From Squalus acanthias (taxonomy: Eukaryota): 64,000 nucleotides of DNA. The notes beneath the pieces are model-generated. The model was not told the DNA's origin. It did not search any database and saw only the letters and a program-made list of their open reading frames with translations. The stretch covers positions 90,026,001-90,090,000 of the forward strand of contig CM059432.1 in the NCBI GenBank assembly GCA_030390025.1. Direction: 5' to 3'. Position numbers and translations under genes: made by a program. Below are positions 61,149 through 64,000 of the stretch, in pieces. The first letter of the stretch is position 1. Every line of letters begins with the position of its first letter.

Positions 61149-61963
61149 CTCAATCGATAGTTGCTTAGGTTATCAAAGTTGTGACCTGTGAATGGAGCCC
61201 ATTTCCCAGGGTACTGTTTTATCACTCTGCTCTGGGGCTATGACAATGGCATTAATGCAATAGCATACTAAAAGTAAGAGTAATCTCCAGTTTGTGTTAA
61301 AATTGGTGTCAGCTTCTGCTTTTGAATCTTACTGTTGTGTACTGATTTCTGTGACTTCTTCCACAAATATATCACTAAAGGCAATCAAGCACTGACTTGC
61401 ATGGGCCACAACAAAAATGTGAAGTATGTATTCAGTATCTTGTGATATCAAATCCTATCTGTATGTATGTGTGTGCTCATTTATCTCATTTACCAACTCC
61501 CCCTTCTTATATCTATGTTTACGGTCTTTCATTCAGGTGAAGGAAATAATTTTGGAGTGCCTAGGAATATTATTCTATGATAATGGCACTGACATGTCTT
61601 TCAGTAGTAGCAGGTGTGCAGATTTTGTGGATCTAGAGCCCATTGCCCTCAATATTCTCTTCCTACAATATTATCAAAAATCCTCTTGTGGTAAAATGCA
61701 TTTTTTTAAAAGCCACTGGCATGGCTCATGTCTACATTATTAGCAACTGTGGACCTGGCATTACAGCAGTGCCACACCCTTTCTATTGGATCTAACCAGG
61801 GTTTCCTTTGGACAGATGGAAAAATCTTTCTTATAGATCAAATTTATTTTGGGTGCTGCCACAAATATCACATTCACATGAGTAACTAATGAAGTCTTGA
61901 CATTTATCAGTCATGCAAAACTGGCAAATTGTGGATGATCTCCCAGGGTACCTATGAGGCCTA

Positions 61964-62093
61964 GGGGTAGATTTTGCCTTTGTCAATAGTGTAAAACAAG
62001 TGATAGCGAATCGGCAGTCTGATTTACACCTCTCCCGATTTTTATTTCCATTGAAATCGGGAGAGATGTAAAATGGGCTCCGTTTTATACTAT
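61964..62093. repeat. Palindromic MITE remnant, truncated by a SINE/L2 tail (62095-62139)
   Basis: GGGGTAGATTTT start; TTTACACCTCTCCCGATTT and AAATCGGGAGAGATGTAAA (18/19); ATAGTGTAAAAC and GTTTTATACTAT. Confidence 0.7.
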
Positions 62094-64000
62094 CAACAAC
62101 AACAACTTGTATTTATATAGCGCCTTTAACATAGTAAAATCATTTGTGGATTTTGTTGTCAGCAGTAGTGCATCTCAGTTTAGGTTTACATAGAATACGT
62201 TCTATACCCCATCCTCAATAAGAATCAGTCACACACAATAGACTTCATCTATTCTAAGACTACCGAATTTCCGCTGCAATGTTTTTTAGGTCAGGTTTCA
62301 TGATATTGTTACAGGATATTTGCTATGGCATGAACTTCATTATAATCCACATAATGCACAGCTTCCAAAGACCATGCCATAATGCGGGTGAGATATATCC
62401 TAGTAGTAATGCTTTTAACTTTGACACGGAACCTGATAGTTTTGTCAGTATGTCAGAGGTTTTTGTCCTTAAGTCATTATTACTTACCCATAAGCAGAAG
62501 AAGGCAGGGTTTGATCTCAGAGATCCCTGAAAGAGACTGAAAGCTGCTGCTTGGGCAGTTGAGGTCTAACATCAGGGTGCGGCATCCTGAGTGGTTAAAG
62601 TGACAAAATTAGAGCAGAGAACAGTAATGAAATCTCATCTCTGGAGACAGAGAGACTACGTGTGAAATGAAGGATTTCACACTAAAAGTGTTCTTTTCTT
62701 TAGTATTTGTAAAAGATAATCACAACTTCTGGGATCTTTCCTTATTAGTCCATAACCTTTATTATAAATTAAGTATGTTTTGAATTTTCTGCTTTATCTT
62801 ATAAATCCTTTGTCCATCATTAAGTTAAAATTTTCTTTGGCTAAAAACCGTGACTCTTTTTAATTAATTAATTGTAGGGGGAGGCACTTAAAGCTCGTAG
62901 TTGAGCGGGAATGTTCATTCAGAGGGTCAGAATTCAGAGCCATTTTCATTTGAGGATGATATTTGAACTTGATTCCCCTCAGAGAGCTTTTGTACTGTAT
63001 ATGGTGGAAGGAGAAGGCTCTTGCTCTTGACCCTGGATAGATCCATTTGGAATACTAGAGTGTTCCATCTATCAAGGGGAGGGGGGACCTTGAGGGTAGA
63101 GCAAAATATTATGAATCATTTTAATTAAAGCTTATTGGGCTTTAGACATTAATTGTGGTTATCCTCCAAACAGCATGTGCAAAATATGGATTAAAAACAT
63201 TGAACTGATTAGAACTAGATTCTTATATCTCCTTGTTAAAATGTATTAGACAAATGTTATTTTTATTCTGATGTTTAATGCTCTAGTGCCGTTAGCATAA
63301 TCTCCATAATATACATTTTAGCCTTTTTCTGTCAAAAATGTTGTTCAAAGCCACCTTTTTCTGTGCATTTCATATCAAGAATAAAAGTATATATATTTAA
63401 ACTGAAATTTAAACTGTGTTAGTTTTCCTGAGTAAAGTAGATTAGGAAAAGAATTATTGCTCAAGCATAAGCTTATGATATTCGGCACAACTGTGAGAAT
63501 GTAATATATCTGTTACAAAAAGACAGTTAAAAATATCATTGAACTCACTTTGGAGATCACCTAACCCTGGAGTTTCTGCTAATTAATTTTGATTATAATT
63601 AAGAAAAGCTATTGCTCCAACATTCGGCATGGCACTGTGCCCGTTTTTACCACAGCATGTAATAAACCTTGTGCATTAAAAAGTACCCTGAGCTCTATTT
63701 AGACCCTGTGGCCTTGAAAGTCTCACATTTTCTAATGAGAAATGTATTAGGCAAATAGACTGCCATGTCCTCCTTCAGCCATTAATTTGATACACTTTAG
63801 TCTTTTCCTTGTAGCCAGGGAAATATTACTCAACAATCATTCTTTTTAATTTCTGCAGTACATGATCTCACATTTAGTAGTAGAGGCAATGAGAAAAATC
63901 AGGGCATTTTTTTTATAGGAAAAGATGTAAAAACTGTGCATACTTTGTTATCAAACCAGATAGGATTTTTTTCTGTGGAATTTATATCTTAATCAAAATA

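Overview
Vertebrate (eukaryotic) DNA. From its repeat families it is most plausibly a cartilaginous fish (shark-like); this is inference, not a database result. I found no intact host gene, RNA gene or CRISPR array. The window is mostly AT-rich, intron- or gene-desert-like DNA containing many CR1-type LINE fragments, tRNA-SINE relics and a dense, diverse set of PIF/Harbinger DNA transposons. The first 8.7 kb is a triple nest: a CR1 LINE is split by Harbinger B (1166-8415), which is itself split by a full-length Harbinger A (1397-5482). A carries a decayed DDE transposase and a convergent three-exon Myb/SANT gene. Two families, B and C (two copies each), have lost the transposase core at family-shared junctions but keep Myb/SANT exons. 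At least seven MITEs have clear TIRs and 3-bp TSDs, including an 895-bp deletion derivative of A (51833-52727). The families show distinct subterminal motif arrays and a shared TGA(C/T)GTCA plus TTTAAA promoter-like module. Most ORFs in the supplied track are TE fragments, antisense shadows or low-complexity artefacts.
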